DNA of 64,000 bases from an uncultured Desulfarculus sp. (GCA_963665125.2 CAXXUK010000002.1:160001-224000), one strand, 5' to 3'; shown: positions 1 to 8,940, numbered from the stretch's first letter. Numbers and translations: made by a program. The notes: a model not told the origin generated them from the letters alone.

Positions 1-953
1 AGGAACTGGTCCAAAAAGACCTGGACCGCCGCAAGCCCGGCACCAGCCAATACGTGACCCAGCGCAAGGAATCCGACACCGTGGAGATCTTCTCGGGCGT
101 GGCCGGGGGCCGCACCCTGGGCAGCCCGGTGGCCATGCTGGTGCGCAACGTCGACGCCCGCAGCAAAGACTACGGCGACCTGCTGAGCATGTTCCGGCCG
201 GGCCACGCCGATTTCGCCTACAACCGTAAATACGGCATAGCGCCCCAGCCCGGCGGCGGGCGGTCCTCGGGCCGCGAGACCGTGGGCCGGGTGGCGGCCG
301 GGGCCATCGCCAAGGCCGTCATGGCCCCGTTGGGCGTGACGTTCCGGGCCTGCACGGTCTGCGTGGGCGGGGTCATGGCCGAGCGTATCGACTGGGATTT
401 TGCCGAGGGGCACGTGCTGCGCTGCGCGGACCCGGACAGGGCCGACGAGATGACGGCAATGGTCGACGCGGCCAGGGCCGATGGAGACAGTATCGGCGGC
501 ATGGTGCGCCTGGAGGTCTGCGGCGCGCCGGCGGGCCTCGGCGATCCGGCCTTCGGCAAGCTGGACGCCCTGCTGGCCGGGGCCATGATGGGCATCGGCA
601 GCGTCAAGGGTGTGGAGATCGGCGCGGGTTTCGGCGTGGCCAGGCTGCGCGGCAGCCAGAACAACGACCCCATCACGCCGGACGGTTTCCAGAGCAACAA
701 CGCCGGGGGCACCCTGGGCGGCATCTCCACTGGCCAGGACATCATCATGACCATGGCCATAAAACCCACGCCGTCCATCAGCCGGGAACAACAGACCATC
801 GGCCTGGACGGCCAGCCCCGGACCATGAATATCAAGGGCCGCCACGACCCGTGCATCTGCCCGCGCATCGCCCCTGTCATCGAGGCCATGGCCGCGTTGG
901 TGTTGGCCGACGCCTATCTGATGCAAACCGCCCTTAGCGGAGGTGTGAAGTGA
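1..953 (+). CDS. aroC: Chorismate synthase (5' end lies outside the window)
   Basis: Frame is open from position 3 (ELVQKDLDRRKPGTSQYVTQRKE). Motifs RPGHAD, GGGRSSGRET, SNNAGGTLGGIS, KPTPSI, GRHDPC. Confidence 0.97.
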   Translation, partial: ELVQKDLDRRKPGTSQYVTQRKESDTVEIFSGVAGGRTLGSPVAMLVRNVDARSKDYGDLLSMFRPGHADFAYNRKYGIAPQPGGGRSSGRETVGRVAAGAIAKAVMAPLGVTFRACTVCVGGVMAERIDWDFAEGHVLRCADPDRADEMTAMVDAARADGDSIGGMVRLEVCGAPAGLGDPAFGKLDALLAGAMMGIGSVKGVEIGAGFGVARLRGSQNNDPITPDGFQSNNAGGTLGGISTGQDIIMTMAIKPTPSISREQQTIGLDGQPRTMNIKGRHDPCICPRIAPVIEAMAALVLADAYLMQTALSGGVK

Positions 954-1378
954 AACTGCTTTTGTTGAACGGCCCCAACCTGAACATGCTGGGCCAGCGC
1001 GAACCGGGCCTGTACGGCAACAAGACCCTGCCCCAGATCGAAGACGAGGTGGTCGCCCTGGCCTCGGAGCACGGCATGGAGGTTGAATGCCTGCAAACCA
1101 ACAGCGAGGGCGGCATGGTCGACGCCATCCAGCGGGCCGGGGCCGAGCTTGACGGCGTGATCTTAAACGCCGCGGCCTACACCCACACCTCGGTGGCCGT
1201 GCGCGACGCGGTATTGGCCTGCGGCATCCCGGTGTTGGAGGTCCATCTGACCAACCCGCACGCCAGGGAGAGCTTCCGCCGGGTGTCCATGCTCTCGGGG
1301 GCGGCCAAGGGCGTCATCGCCGGGTTCGGGGCCGAGTCCTACGCCCTGGCCGTGTTATGGTTCGCCCGCAACAAGTAG
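950..1378 (+). CDS. aroQ: Type II 3-dehydroquinate dehydratase
   Basis: LNGPNLNMLGQREPGLYG, NAAAYTHTS, EVHLTN; overlaps the aroC stop (GTGA). Confidence 0.97.
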   Translation: MKLLLLNGPNLNMLGQREPGLYGNKTLPQIEDEVVALASEHGMEVECLQTNSEGGMVDAIQRAGAELDGVILNAAAYTHTSVAVRDAVLACGIPVLEVHLTNPHARESFRRVSMLSGAAKGVIAGFGAESYALAVLWFARNK

Positions 1379-1406
1379 CCGCCTCGCCGGGCCCGGTCCT
1401 GATATA
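1281..1406 (+). repeat. Direct repeat copy 1: aroQ 3' end plus downstream sequence
   Basis: Matches 3325-3478 (offset 2044 over the coding part), with 6 synonymous substitutions and a 28-bp indel after the stop. Confidence 0.95.
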
Positions 1407-1442
1407 TAATTTAATTTTGTTCTATGTATCAGATTATTACCG

Positions 1443-2456
1443 TCACGGCATGGCCTGCATACCCACGAACGAACTGCCGGGCATCAGGTCCGAAACCCTG
1501 ACGGTTGAAAATCCGCTTTCCCTAAGCTGCTCCTTGAGTCTCAACGGATCCGGCAGCAATGTGACCCCTTGCATGGAAGCATTGGCCATATTCAGGTTGG
1601 CCGCCCCGAAATCAGAGTCTTTTCCCTGCATATTCATGACAATGACAAGGCTGCCTCCCGCCGTCAGTCTGGAGCGCAGGGTTTTAAAAAGTTCGGGACG
1701 CTGTTCAACCGGGAAATAGTAAACAACGTTAACCAGGGTGATCAGATCAAAACGTGGTGTATTTTCCGCCAGGTTCCGGATATCCCCCTTAATAATCTCA
1801 AACCTCTCCTGAAGTTCCCATTTTTCCATATTCTGCATCGCCTGCCTGGCTGCGGATTCATCAGCTTCAATCCCTAAGCCTGACAGCTCCGGGTTGATTT
1901 GCGAAATGCTTTTTAAAAGAAGTCCTGATCCGCATCCGATATCCAGGACCCGGATTCCCGGGACCTTGGGCACGATGTCCGACAGAAACGCTTTGATAAC
2001 GGGGTCTGAGAGTTTAGAGAATCTGGCAATAATATCGCCGGCCCATTCCAGGTCATCACCCAGGGCCGCGCCTTTCATCCGGGCTGCGGCATGACGATAT
2101 GAATTGTTGTAATAGGTTACATTGGCCTGAATTATTGCCGACAGGGTATCTCCGTGTGCACCAACCATGGCCAGAGACCTTTTCCCTCTGATACCATAGC
2201 GACCCTTTTCATAGTTCAATTCTTTAAGAGAAATGCCGACTTTAAGCAAGGCATCCAATATGTCGGGGTTTTTAACCTCCAGTGTTTCGATCAGGTCGTT
2301 CCTGGAGCAAGGAGTTCGCAATGCCTCAAGAAGCCCGGATTCAATTGCAGCGTGCAGGAAGTGATATCTGCCGATCCCTTTTAAGTCTGAAACCACTGAA
2401 AAGAGCCCTGGTATTTTAATTGTTTTTAGAAGCGAATATATATACTTGAATTGCAT
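1443..2456 (-). CDS. Class I SAM-dependent methyltransferase with probable N-terminal dimerisation/wHTH region
   Basis: VLDIGCGSG motif I, IIKGDI, FDLITLVNVVYYF; visibly AT-richer than the flanks. Confidence 0.85.
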   Translation of the reverse strand: MQFKYIYSLLKTIKIPGLFSVVSDLKGIGRYHFLHAAIESGLLEALRTPCSRNDLIETLEVKNPDILDALLKVGISLKELNYEKGRYGIRGKRSLAMVGAHGDTLSAIIQANVTYYNNSYRHAAARMKGAALGDDLEWAGDIIARFSKLSDPVIKAFLSDIVPKVPGIRVLDIGCGSGLLLKSISQINPELSGLGIEADESAARQAMQNMEKWELQERFEIIKGDIRNLAENTPRFDLITLVNVVYYFPVEQRPELFKTLRSRLTAGGSLVIVMNMQGKDSDFGAANLNMANASMQGVTLLPDPLRLKEQLRESGFSTVRVSDLMPGSSFVGMQAMP

Positions 2457-2474
2457 ATTGTTTTTCCTTTGATG

Positions 2475-3110
2475 TCATCTGGGTTGCCCTACGCCGGCCA
2501 AAATCTGATTTAGCATTCCTTTCAGTGTGTCAAGCATGGTTTTCACATCAACTTCAGGGCTGTTTAATCCTTCATAAAGGACAATCAAATAGTGGGAGAA
2601 AAAGGCCCTAGCGCACAGTAAGGTGTCGGCTTCGGGCCGGATATCCTTTCTTTCTTTTGCCTGTTCCAGCATATTGCGGACCAGGAAAACGAATTCATAA
2701 GCTTGCGTGGTTAACTTCTCTCCCCATTCCCCTTTTACAAACCAGAGTTCCTTTAATAATGTACGGGACAGATCAGGGCGTTTTGCATAATAAGTGTAGA
2801 AAAACCGGGCAAGATGAAGAAATCTGTCACACACATTTGCGTATTTGGGCATGCTTTTCGTGGCGCTTGACTGGGTGGAAGCGAGATCATCCAATAATGC
2901 GGCAATGAGTAGTGATGACTTATCCGGGAAATGACTGAAGACCGTTCCGACACCCACACCGGCACGCCTTGCGATGGCCCGTGTGGAAGCTTTTTCAAAA
3001 CCCAGCTCATTGAAAAGCTCCCGGGCGCTCTCAAGGATGATTCTCCGGGTCTCCTCTCTTTGAATATGCCTCCGGCTTCCAGTTTCTTTACTATCCATTG
3101 TTACCTTCAA
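2475..3110 (-). CDS. TetR/AcrR family transcriptional regulator (start may be ATG 3098)
   Basis: HTH region ILESARELFNELGFEKASTRAIARRAGVGVGTVFSHFPDK. Confidence 0.93.
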   Translation of the reverse strand: MKVTMDSKETGSRRHIQREETRRIILESARELFNELGFEKASTRAIARRAGVGVGTVFSHFPDKSSLLIAALLDDLASTQSSATKSMPKYANVCDRFLHLARFFYTYYAKRPDLSRTLLKELWFVKGEWGEKLTTQAYEFVFLVRNMLEQAKERKDIRPEADTLLCARAFFSHYLIVLYEGLNSPEVDVKTMLDTLKGMLNQILAGVGQPR

Positions 3111-3119
3111 ATATGATGT

Positions 3120-3156
3120 AAAATGAGCATGCTCATTATTTGAGCATGCTCATTTT
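3120..3156. promoter_or_regulatory. Nested palindromic operator, probably for the adjacent TetR
   Basis: AAAATGAGCATGCTCA-TTATT-TGAGCATGCTCATTTT: perfect 16-bp arms, each containing the palindrome TGAGCATGCTCA. Confidence 0.75.
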
Positions 3157-3226
3157 AATGAAATAGTTTTTTTAATGCAATTTCAAAATGACAAAATACC
3201 AGGGTTAACTAGTTGGCATTTCACAC

Positions 3227-3318
3227 TGAAATTGCCCCGATCTGGTGGACATAGAATAATTTCGAGGAGAGAGCATCTCCCGCGATTATTCCATGTCCGT
3301 ATTTGATGGGTTTGATTA
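3227..3318. mobile_element. Possible internally deleted IS3-family remnant (MITE-like)
   Basis: Ends TGAAATTGCCCCGATCTGGTGGACA and (reverse complement) TAATCAAACCCATCAAATACGGACA resemble IS3-type terminal inverted repeats; interior 3247-3298 is an imperfect palindrome. Confidence 0.4.
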
Positions 3319-3324
3319 TTCGCG

Positions 3325-3478
3325 GGGTGTCCATGCTCTCGGGCGCAGCCAAGGGCGTCATCGCCGGGTTCGGGGCCGAATCCTATGCCCTGGCCGTGTT
3401 GTGGTTTGCCCGCAACAAGTAGCCGCGCCGCCGGGCCCCGAAACTTATACTTGACCGGCCGGGCCCGGTTCTGATATA
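3325..3478 (+). repeat. Direct repeat copy 2: orphan aroQ 3' fragment (31 codons plus TAG) and downstream sequence
   Basis: Encodes VSMLSGAAKGVIAGFGAESYALAVLWFARNK*, identical in protein to the AroQ C-terminus; TAG at 3420-3422. Confidence 0.95.
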
Positions 3479-3522
3479 CATATGTAGATCATCAAATATT
3501 GATAATGATATTGGGGGGTATC

Positions 3523-4074
3523 ATGAAACGCACGTCTATAGTTCTATTCTTTTGCATTTTGTTCAGCCTAAGCGCCTGCGCCTTCGCGCCGGTGAACAAG
3601 CCCGAAGTAGACCTTGAAAAAAACATGGCCCATGCCGATTTTGATCTGCCCATGGATCAGGCAAAGGCCCTGGCCGAAAAAACCTACGACATCATGGGCT
3701 ACCAAAAAAAAGGCGAAAACCAAAAACCGGATAGCCTTTTAATCGCCACCACGCCCAAGGCTTTGCCCAGCGTTGGCAACTGCAGCTGCGGCACCTGGAA
3801 CGGCTCAAAGGTGCAAGGCGATGTCCTTTCTATTGTCGCCATAGATCTGGCGCCCGTATCAGCGCAAAAGACCAGGGTGAGCGTAAAGGTGCTCTATATC
3901 ACCAAGTTCACCGGGCACAATCTGTACGGCGCAACCACCCGGCAGGAGGTCGTGAAATGTCAGTCCACGGGTAAAAAGGAGCGGCAGTTCATCGAGATCA
4001 TGACCCGTCTGGCCAACAAACCGGAACAGCAGAACGGCAACACGGCCGGCAAGGTTTCTCAGCAGGCAAAATAA
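3523..4074 (+). CDS. Hypothetical lipoprotein (paralogue 1)
   Basis: MKRTSIVLFFCILFSLSA-C lipobox; CSCGTWNG and CQSTG motifs shared with the next gene. Confidence 0.8.
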   Translation: MKRTSIVLFFCILFSLSACAFAPVNKPEVDLEKNMAHADFDLPMDQAKALAEKTYDIMGYQKKGENQKPDSLLIATTPKALPSVGNCSCGTWNGSKVQGDVLSIVAIDLAPVSAQKTRVSVKVLYITKFTGHNLYGATTRQEVVKCQSTGKKERQFIEIMTRLANKPEQQNGNTAGKVSQQAK

Positions 4075-4219
4075 ATTCAGGTGCCCCGCCCCTGGGGTGA
4101 TCCGGCGGGCGGGGCGCTCTTGTTTAAGCCCAGCGGATTGCGGCGCTCGGGCGTCTGCTCCGGCTTTGGTGTTTAATTACAGTTCACCGAATATTGACAA
4201 TGATATTGGGGGGGGTATC

Positions 4220-4732
4220 ATGCGACGCACTTCTATCTTAATCATCCTTTTGTCTTTGCTCAGCCTTAATGCCTGCGCCTTCGCGCCGGTTAACAGACCA
4301 ATGGTCGATCCCCACCTCAGCATGGCTCATGGCGTTTATGCCAACTTGCCTGCCGCTAAGGCAAAAGACATAGTTCTAAAGGCCATCGAAACATCGGGCT
4401 ATCAGGTCTACCGCGAGGAAAAACGGCCTGACGGCTGGGAAATCATGACCATGGATAGGCAAGTGCTCATTAACGACTATTTCTGCAATTGCGGAGATTG
4501 GAACGGTACGAAACTCGGTGGCTCCGCCGACTCCAGGATAATTGTAACCATTGAGCAAACAGCCTCCGGCACGTCCAATGTCGCGGTTTCTTATACTTAC
4601 GAGGGGCTGTTCACGGGCCGCAATATTTACGGCATGATTACCCGGCAGGAAAAGGTGCCCTGCCAGTCAACCGGCACGCAGGAGCGCCAGTTCATCGACT
4701 TGCTCGACGCTCTGGTCAGGGACCTCCGCTAG
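4220..4732 (+). CDS. Hypothetical lipoprotein (paralogue 2)
   Basis: MRRTSILIILLSLLSLNA-C lipobox; CAFAPVN, CNCGDWNG, FTGRNIYG and CQSTG shared with 3523-4074. Confidence 0.8.
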   Translation: MRRTSILIILLSLLSLNACAFAPVNRPMVDPHLSMAHGVYANLPAAKAKDIVLKAIETSGYQVYREEKRPDGWEIMTMDRQVLINDYFCNCGDWNGTKLGGSADSRIIVTIEQTASGTSNVAVSYTYEGLFTGRNIYGMITRQEKVPCQSTGTQERQFIDLLDALVRDLR

Positions 4733-4745
4733 CACCAGGCATGCC

Positions 4746-5663
4746 TTAGGCCCAGCGGATCTCGGCGGGCAGGCGTCCGGCCTGGCGCTGGAATTTTTCC
4801 TTGCACCGGCCCAGGGCCAATACGGCGTGGGCCGTCTCGCCGTCGGGCATGTTGATGACCTGTTTGGCGCCGGGGTGGCGTTTGAGGGCGTTTAGGGCAA
4901 AGCCGATGTAGCACGAGCCCAGGCCCATAGCGTGGGCGGCCAGCATCACGTTCTGGGCGGCCAGGTTGCAGTCGGCCGCGGGCATGCCTTCCTCGCCCTT
5001 GTAGCCGATGACCATCACCGCCGGGGCGTGATAGAAAAAGCGGTCCCAGCCTTCATTGCGCCATTGGCCCAGGCGCACGGCCATGGATTCCAGATAGTTG
5101 TCCCGCCAGTACTGCATATCGCGTTTGCTTGCCGGGTCCAGGCTGTTGACGAACGCCTCGTCGGCGGCAAAGGCGTTGATGGCCTCAAAGGCCACGCATA
5201 CCTCTTCCAGAAACGCCAGCACGGCCTTGCGGTCGGCCAACAGGGTGAAGGTCCAGAGCTGGTTGTTGCTGGCCGAGGGGGCCATGCGGGCGAAACTGAC
5301 CAAGTCTTCCAGGATTTCGCGGCTCAGGGGCTGGTTTTCGTCGAAAACGCGGCAGGAACGGCGCGAGGCCATCAGCCGGGCCAGTTGGGCCGGGTCGAAA
5401 TCGCCCGGTTTCAGATAGGAGCGGTCAAAGCGGAAGCTGTTCATGGGCACCTGGCCCGCGTCCGGCCCCTGGCCCAGGGCTGTCACCGATACGGCGTCCG
5501 AGGGGCACACGGCCAGGCAGTGGCCGCAGGCGATGCAGCGCTCTCCGCTGACCACGGCCTTGTCGTCGTTCATGCTCAGGGTCCGGGCCGGGCAGGTCTG
5601 CACGCACAGGCCGCAGCCGATGCATTTTTCCTGGTCAATGGCGGTGGTGACGGCAGTGTCCAT
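4746..5663 (-). CDS. Nitroreductase family protein with N-terminal 2x[4Fe-4S] ferredoxin domain
   Basis: CIGCGLCVQTCP and CIACGHCLAVCP; RRSCR, APSASNNQ, LAAHAMGLGSCYIG. Confidence 0.92.
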   Translation of the reverse strand: MDTAVTTAIDQEKCIGCGLCVQTCPARTLSMNDDKAVVSGERCIACGHCLAVCPSDAVSVTALGQGPDAGQVPMNSFRFDRSYLKPGDFDPAQLARLMASRRSCRVFDENQPLSREILEDLVSFARMAPSASNNQLWTFTLLADRKAVLAFLEEVCVAFEAINAFAADEAFVNSLDPASKRDMQYWRDNYLESMAVRLGQWRNEGWDRFFYHAPAVMVIGYKGEEGMPAADCNLAAQNVMLAAHAMGLGSCYIGFALNALKRHPGAKQVINMPDGETAHAVLALGRCKEKFQRQAGRLPAEIRWA

Positions 5664-5683
5664 GGATCATGCTCCTTTAAATG

Positions 5684-5722
5684 AAAAAACCCGCATCCGG
5701 CGAAATACTAACCGGATGCGGG
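5684..5722 (-). terminator. Rho-independent terminator after xsc
   Basis: 11-bp stem CCCGCATCCGG/CCGGATGCGGG followed by T6 on the minus strand. Confidence 0.75.
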
Positions 5723-5747
5723 CTCGGGGGGAAGATGGGTTCCTTTT

Positions 5748-7472
5748 TTATTTGGCGCGCAAATGAGCGTACTTGTCAAGATGACGCTCGGGCATCTTCA
5801 ATGCGTCGCGCCTAAACGGCTCGGCCAGAACTTCCTCGCCGCCCTGGATCTTGGCGTTGATAACGCAGGGACGGCCCGAGGCCACGGCGTCCTTGATCAC
5901 GTCCTGGACTTCGTTGTAGTCCTCGACCACGTAACCCTTGGCGCCCATGACTTCGGCCAATGCCGCGTAGTCCGGGTTTTCCCGCAGGTTGGAGCCCACA
6001 AAGCGGTTGTCGTAGTAGTCGATCTGGTTTTTCTTCTCGGCGCCCCACTCGAAGTTGTTGGCCACCACGGCGATGACGGGAATGTCTTCGCGCACGGCGG
6101 TCATCACTTCCTGGATGCCGCTGATGCCGTAGGCGCCGTCGCCCTGGAAGGCGAAGACAGGGGCCTTGGGGTTGGCGATTTTGGCGCCCATGGCCGCGCC
6201 GTAGGCGAAGCCGCAGTTGCCCCAGCTAAGGGCCGAGATGTGCTGGCGCACGCCGCTGAAGCGGAAGTAGGCGTTGCACATGGAGCTGTTGTTGCCGATA
6301 TCGGTGGCCACGATGGAGCCGGTGGGCATGGCCAGGGACAGCTCGCGCAGGAAGCGGCGGGGCTGCATCAGCTTGTTGGTGCTGGTGCTCCACTCTTCCA
6401 ACTCGTCGGCCCAGATCTTCTTTTCCTTGGCCACGTCTTCCAGACGCCCGGCGTTTTCGGCCAGGCCGGGGGCGATCTCCTGGATAGCCTTGAGCAGCTC
6501 TGGGGTGTATTCCTTGCAGTCGGCGCAGGAGGCGATGTCCACGCGCTTACTCAGGCCCAGCACCGCGACGTTCATGTCCACTTGGATGATCTTGGCGTTT
6601 TCCGGCCAGTAGGCGATGTCATATTGGGGCAGGGTGCCAAAGGGGCCCAAGCGGCTGCCCAGGGCCAGGACCACGTCGGCCTTGGCGATGGTGCGCATGG
6701 CTGCCTTGGAACCGCAGTAGCCGATGGGGCCCAGCGACAGCTTGTGGTCGGCCGGGAAGGTGTCGTTGTGCAGGTAGCTGTTGACCACAGGCGCGGTGAG
6801 GTACTCGGCCAGGGCCTTGACCTCTTCCATGGCGTCGGCCTGGCTCACGCCGCCGCCGGCCAGGATCACCGGGTATTTGGCCTCGGCCAGCATCTTGGCG
6901 GCGGCCTTGAGGTCGGTCAGGCTGCCCACGCCGCGGCTGATTGTCGGGGTCTCGTAGATCTCGTCGTTGCACACGCCGTAGAACAGGTCCCGGGGGATGT
7001 TGAGCTGGGTCGGACCATTGAGGTTTTTGGCCATGTAGAAGGCCCGGCGGCTCAACTCGGCCATGCGCTGGGCCTGGTTGACCCGCACCTGGTAGACGGT
7101 CTGGGCCTCGAACATCGGCATCTGGTCCAGCTCCTGGAAGCCGCCGGTGCCGATGCCCATGGTGCCGGTTTCGGGGGTGATGGCCACCACGGGCGAATGG
7201 GCCCAATAGGCCGCCACGATGGCCGAAACAAAGTTTGCGGCGCCGGGGCCGTTCTGGGCGATGCATGCCTGGGGTTTGCCGGTGACGCGGGCCATGCCGT
7301 CGGCCGCGTGGGCCGCTGCTTGTTCGTGAGCTACCGGGATGAACCGGATACCGGCCGCGGGGAACAGATCAAGCGCGTCCATGAACGCGCTACCCACGAT
7401 ACCGAAGACGTTTTGCACGCCCTCGGCGACCATGGTCTCTACCAAAGCCTCGGAAGGAGTCATCTTTGGCAT
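5748..7472 (-). CDS. xsc: Sulfoacetaldehyde acetyltransferase (ThDP-dependent)
   Basis: MTPSEALVET..FGIVGSAFMDALDLFPAAGIRF, AYWAHSPVV, GDGA ThDP motif, WGAEKKNQIDYYDNRFVG, EPFRRDAL; TauE gene adjacent. Confidence 0.9.
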   Translation of the reverse strand: MPKMTPSEALVETMVAEGVQNVFGIVGSAFMDALDLFPAAGIRFIPVAHEQAAAHAADGMARVTGKPQACIAQNGPGAANFVSAIVAAYWAHSPVVAITPETGTMGIGTGGFQELDQMPMFEAQTVYQVRVNQAQRMAELSRRAFYMAKNLNGPTQLNIPRDLFYGVCNDEIYETPTISRGVGSLTDLKAAAKMLAEAKYPVILAGGGVSQADAMEEVKALAEYLTAPVVNSYLHNDTFPADHKLSLGPIGYCGSKAAMRTIAKADVVLALGSRLGPFGTLPQYDIAYWPENAKIIQVDMNVAVLGLSKRVDIASCADCKEYTPELLKAIQEIAPGLAENAGRLEDVAKEKKIWADELEEWSTSTNKLMQPRRFLRELSLAMPTGSIVATDIGNNSSMCNAYFRFSGVRQHISALSWGNCGFAYGAAMGAKIANPKAPVFAFQGDGAYGISGIQEVMTAVREDIPVIAVVANNFEWGAEKKNQIDYYDNRFVGSNLRENPDYAALAEVMGAKGYVVEDYNEVQDVIKDAVASGRPCVINAKIQGGEEVLAEPFRRDALKMPERHLDKYAHLRAK

Positions 7473-7481
7473 ATTTTCCTC

Positions 7482-8234
7482 CTACAAAGTCTGCTTCAAA
7501 GCCATTATTAGACCGGAGACCAGAAGCAGCCCGTAGACGAGCAGCTTGAAGATATACCCACTGACCAATTTATGCAACCTCTCGCCAACAAAAACGCCCA
7601 CGGGCAAAACCGGCAAAAGGCAGGCGGTGATCTTCAGGGTCTCTGGGTTGATGCGGCCGTTGATCACAAAGGCCACGGTCAATACTAAATTCAGGGGCAG
7701 CCACAGGGCGCACATGCTCACCCTGAAGGCGTCTTTGTCCAGGCCCATGCGGCTAAGCGAATACACCAGCGGCGGGCCTCCGGTGGTGAACAGCACGTGC
7801 ACCACTCCGGCCACGATCTGCCATATGGCGGCCTGCACCCGGCCCATGTCCCGGCCCTGTTCCGTGCCGCTACGGAGCATCAGCAACATCTCGCGGCCAG
7901 CGAACAGCACCACCAGCACGGCGAAGACGAGCTTGAGGGCGCCGGGGTTCAAATACGGCAGCAAAAAGAGCCCCAGACCAAAGCCCATGAAAACCATGGG
8001 CAACACCTGCACAAGGAGGGTCTTGGCCCGCAGGTGCTTGTAGTGCCGGATCATCAGGGTGCCGTACAAGAGCAGACTTACCGGCAGCATGGACCCGACG
8101 ATCAGATCCACCGAGGTGAAGTTTGCCCCGATGGCCAGGGCGATGATCGCGCCACCGAACCCCATCATCGTCTGCACCGTGTAGGCGCAAAAGATCAGCG
8201 GGAGCAGCATTATTAACAAAGATGCTTCGGGCAT
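7482..8234 (-). CDS. Sulfite exporter TauE/SafE family membrane protein
   Basis: Hydrophobic; MGFGGAII and TGGPPLV motifs; 9 bp upstream of xsc. Confidence 0.85.
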   Translation of the reverse strand: MPEASLLIMLLPLIFCAYTVQTMMGFGGAIIALAIGANFTSVDLIVGSMLPVSLLLYGTLMIRHYKHLRAKTLLVQVLPMVFMGFGLGLFLLPYLNPGALKLVFAVLVVLFAGREMLLMLRSGTEQGRDMGRVQAAIWQIVAGVVHVLFTTGGPPLVYSLSRMGLDKDAFRVSMCALWLPLNLVLTVAFVINGRINPETLKITACLLPVLPVGVFVGERLHKLVSGYIFKLLVYGLLLVSGLIMALKQTL

Positions 8235-8404
8235 AGTCTGTCACGCTTTGTAAGCGGCGGCGGCCAATTGTTCGCCCAAGGGCCGCCGCCTTTTATCCGT
8301 TCGCCACGGCATTTAGTTGTTCCTCCTCCCAATGGCCGCGCACATCGACCGCAGGCAATTTAGTCTAGACCGGACCCTTGGGGTGGAAACAACGCCATCT
8401 TGCT

Positions 8405-8454
8405 TGACTGACCGGACAGTCATTAATTTATCGTGATATATCAGTACTTGTCAA
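8405..8454 (-). promoter_or_regulatory. Putative sigma70 promoter and overlapping operator for tauE-xsc
   Basis: Minus-strand TTGACA (8454-8449), 18-bp spacer, TAAATT (8430-8425); near-palindrome TGACTGACCGGACAGTCA at 8405-8422. Confidence 0.6.
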
Positions 8455-8513
8455 ATGTTTTTTGGGGCCAGGGTTATCTTGAAAATATTTTAGCGCCAAC
8501 CGGGCGGCATTTA

Positions 8514-8909
8514 TCAGAAAATCAGGTTGACCATTGCCGTGATGAACCCGGCGCAGCCCGCGTGCAGCAGCCACAGGAGCACGGCCTTGTTCCATTGGGT
8601 CTCATAGACATGCCGTATGAGCACAATCCTCGCGCCGGATTCAACAGCGGAGATCAACAGCGACACGTTTTGCATTCCGCCGGGACCCAACTTGTCGATA
8701 AAGGCCCAGGCAGTGCCCCAGGCAATGAGCCCGGCGGTAACGTGGACCGCAGCCACCAACACCGCGGCGGTGGCGGCCTTGCGGAAGGTGGCCCCGATGA
8801 CATCGGCGGCCCAGGCCCCGAAGCTGAAAAGGATCACGGCGGTGAAGCAGGTTATGGCAAAGCCGTAGGAAATTACGTCCCAGGGTGTGATAGCGTTGGT
8901 CGGGTCCAT
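8514..8909 (-). CDS. Hypothetical membrane protein
   Basis: 131 aa with about 4 hydrophobic segments; GAGG upstream; follows priA. Confidence 0.65.
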   Translation of the reverse strand: MDPTNAITPWDVISYGFAITCFTAVILFSFGAWAADVIGATFRKAATAAVLVAAVHVTAGLIAWGTAWAFIDKLGPGGMQNVSLLISAVESGARIVLIRHVYETQWNKAVLLWLLHAGCAGFITAMVNLIF

Positions 8910-8940
8910 GCGCGCCTCTGGCCAAAAGTGATTTCAGCGA

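Noticed and set aside
4746..5663. Nitroreductase as a member of the xsc operon
   Set aside because: A strong terminator at 5684-5722 separates them; co-transcription is not supported.
5763..7511. 582-aa plus-strand ORF (similarly 25548-27059, 46102-47553, 23740-24966, 34877-36034, 54803-55885)
   Set aside because: Antisense shadows of well-supported genes, expected with GC-rich codon bias; no recognisable motifs.
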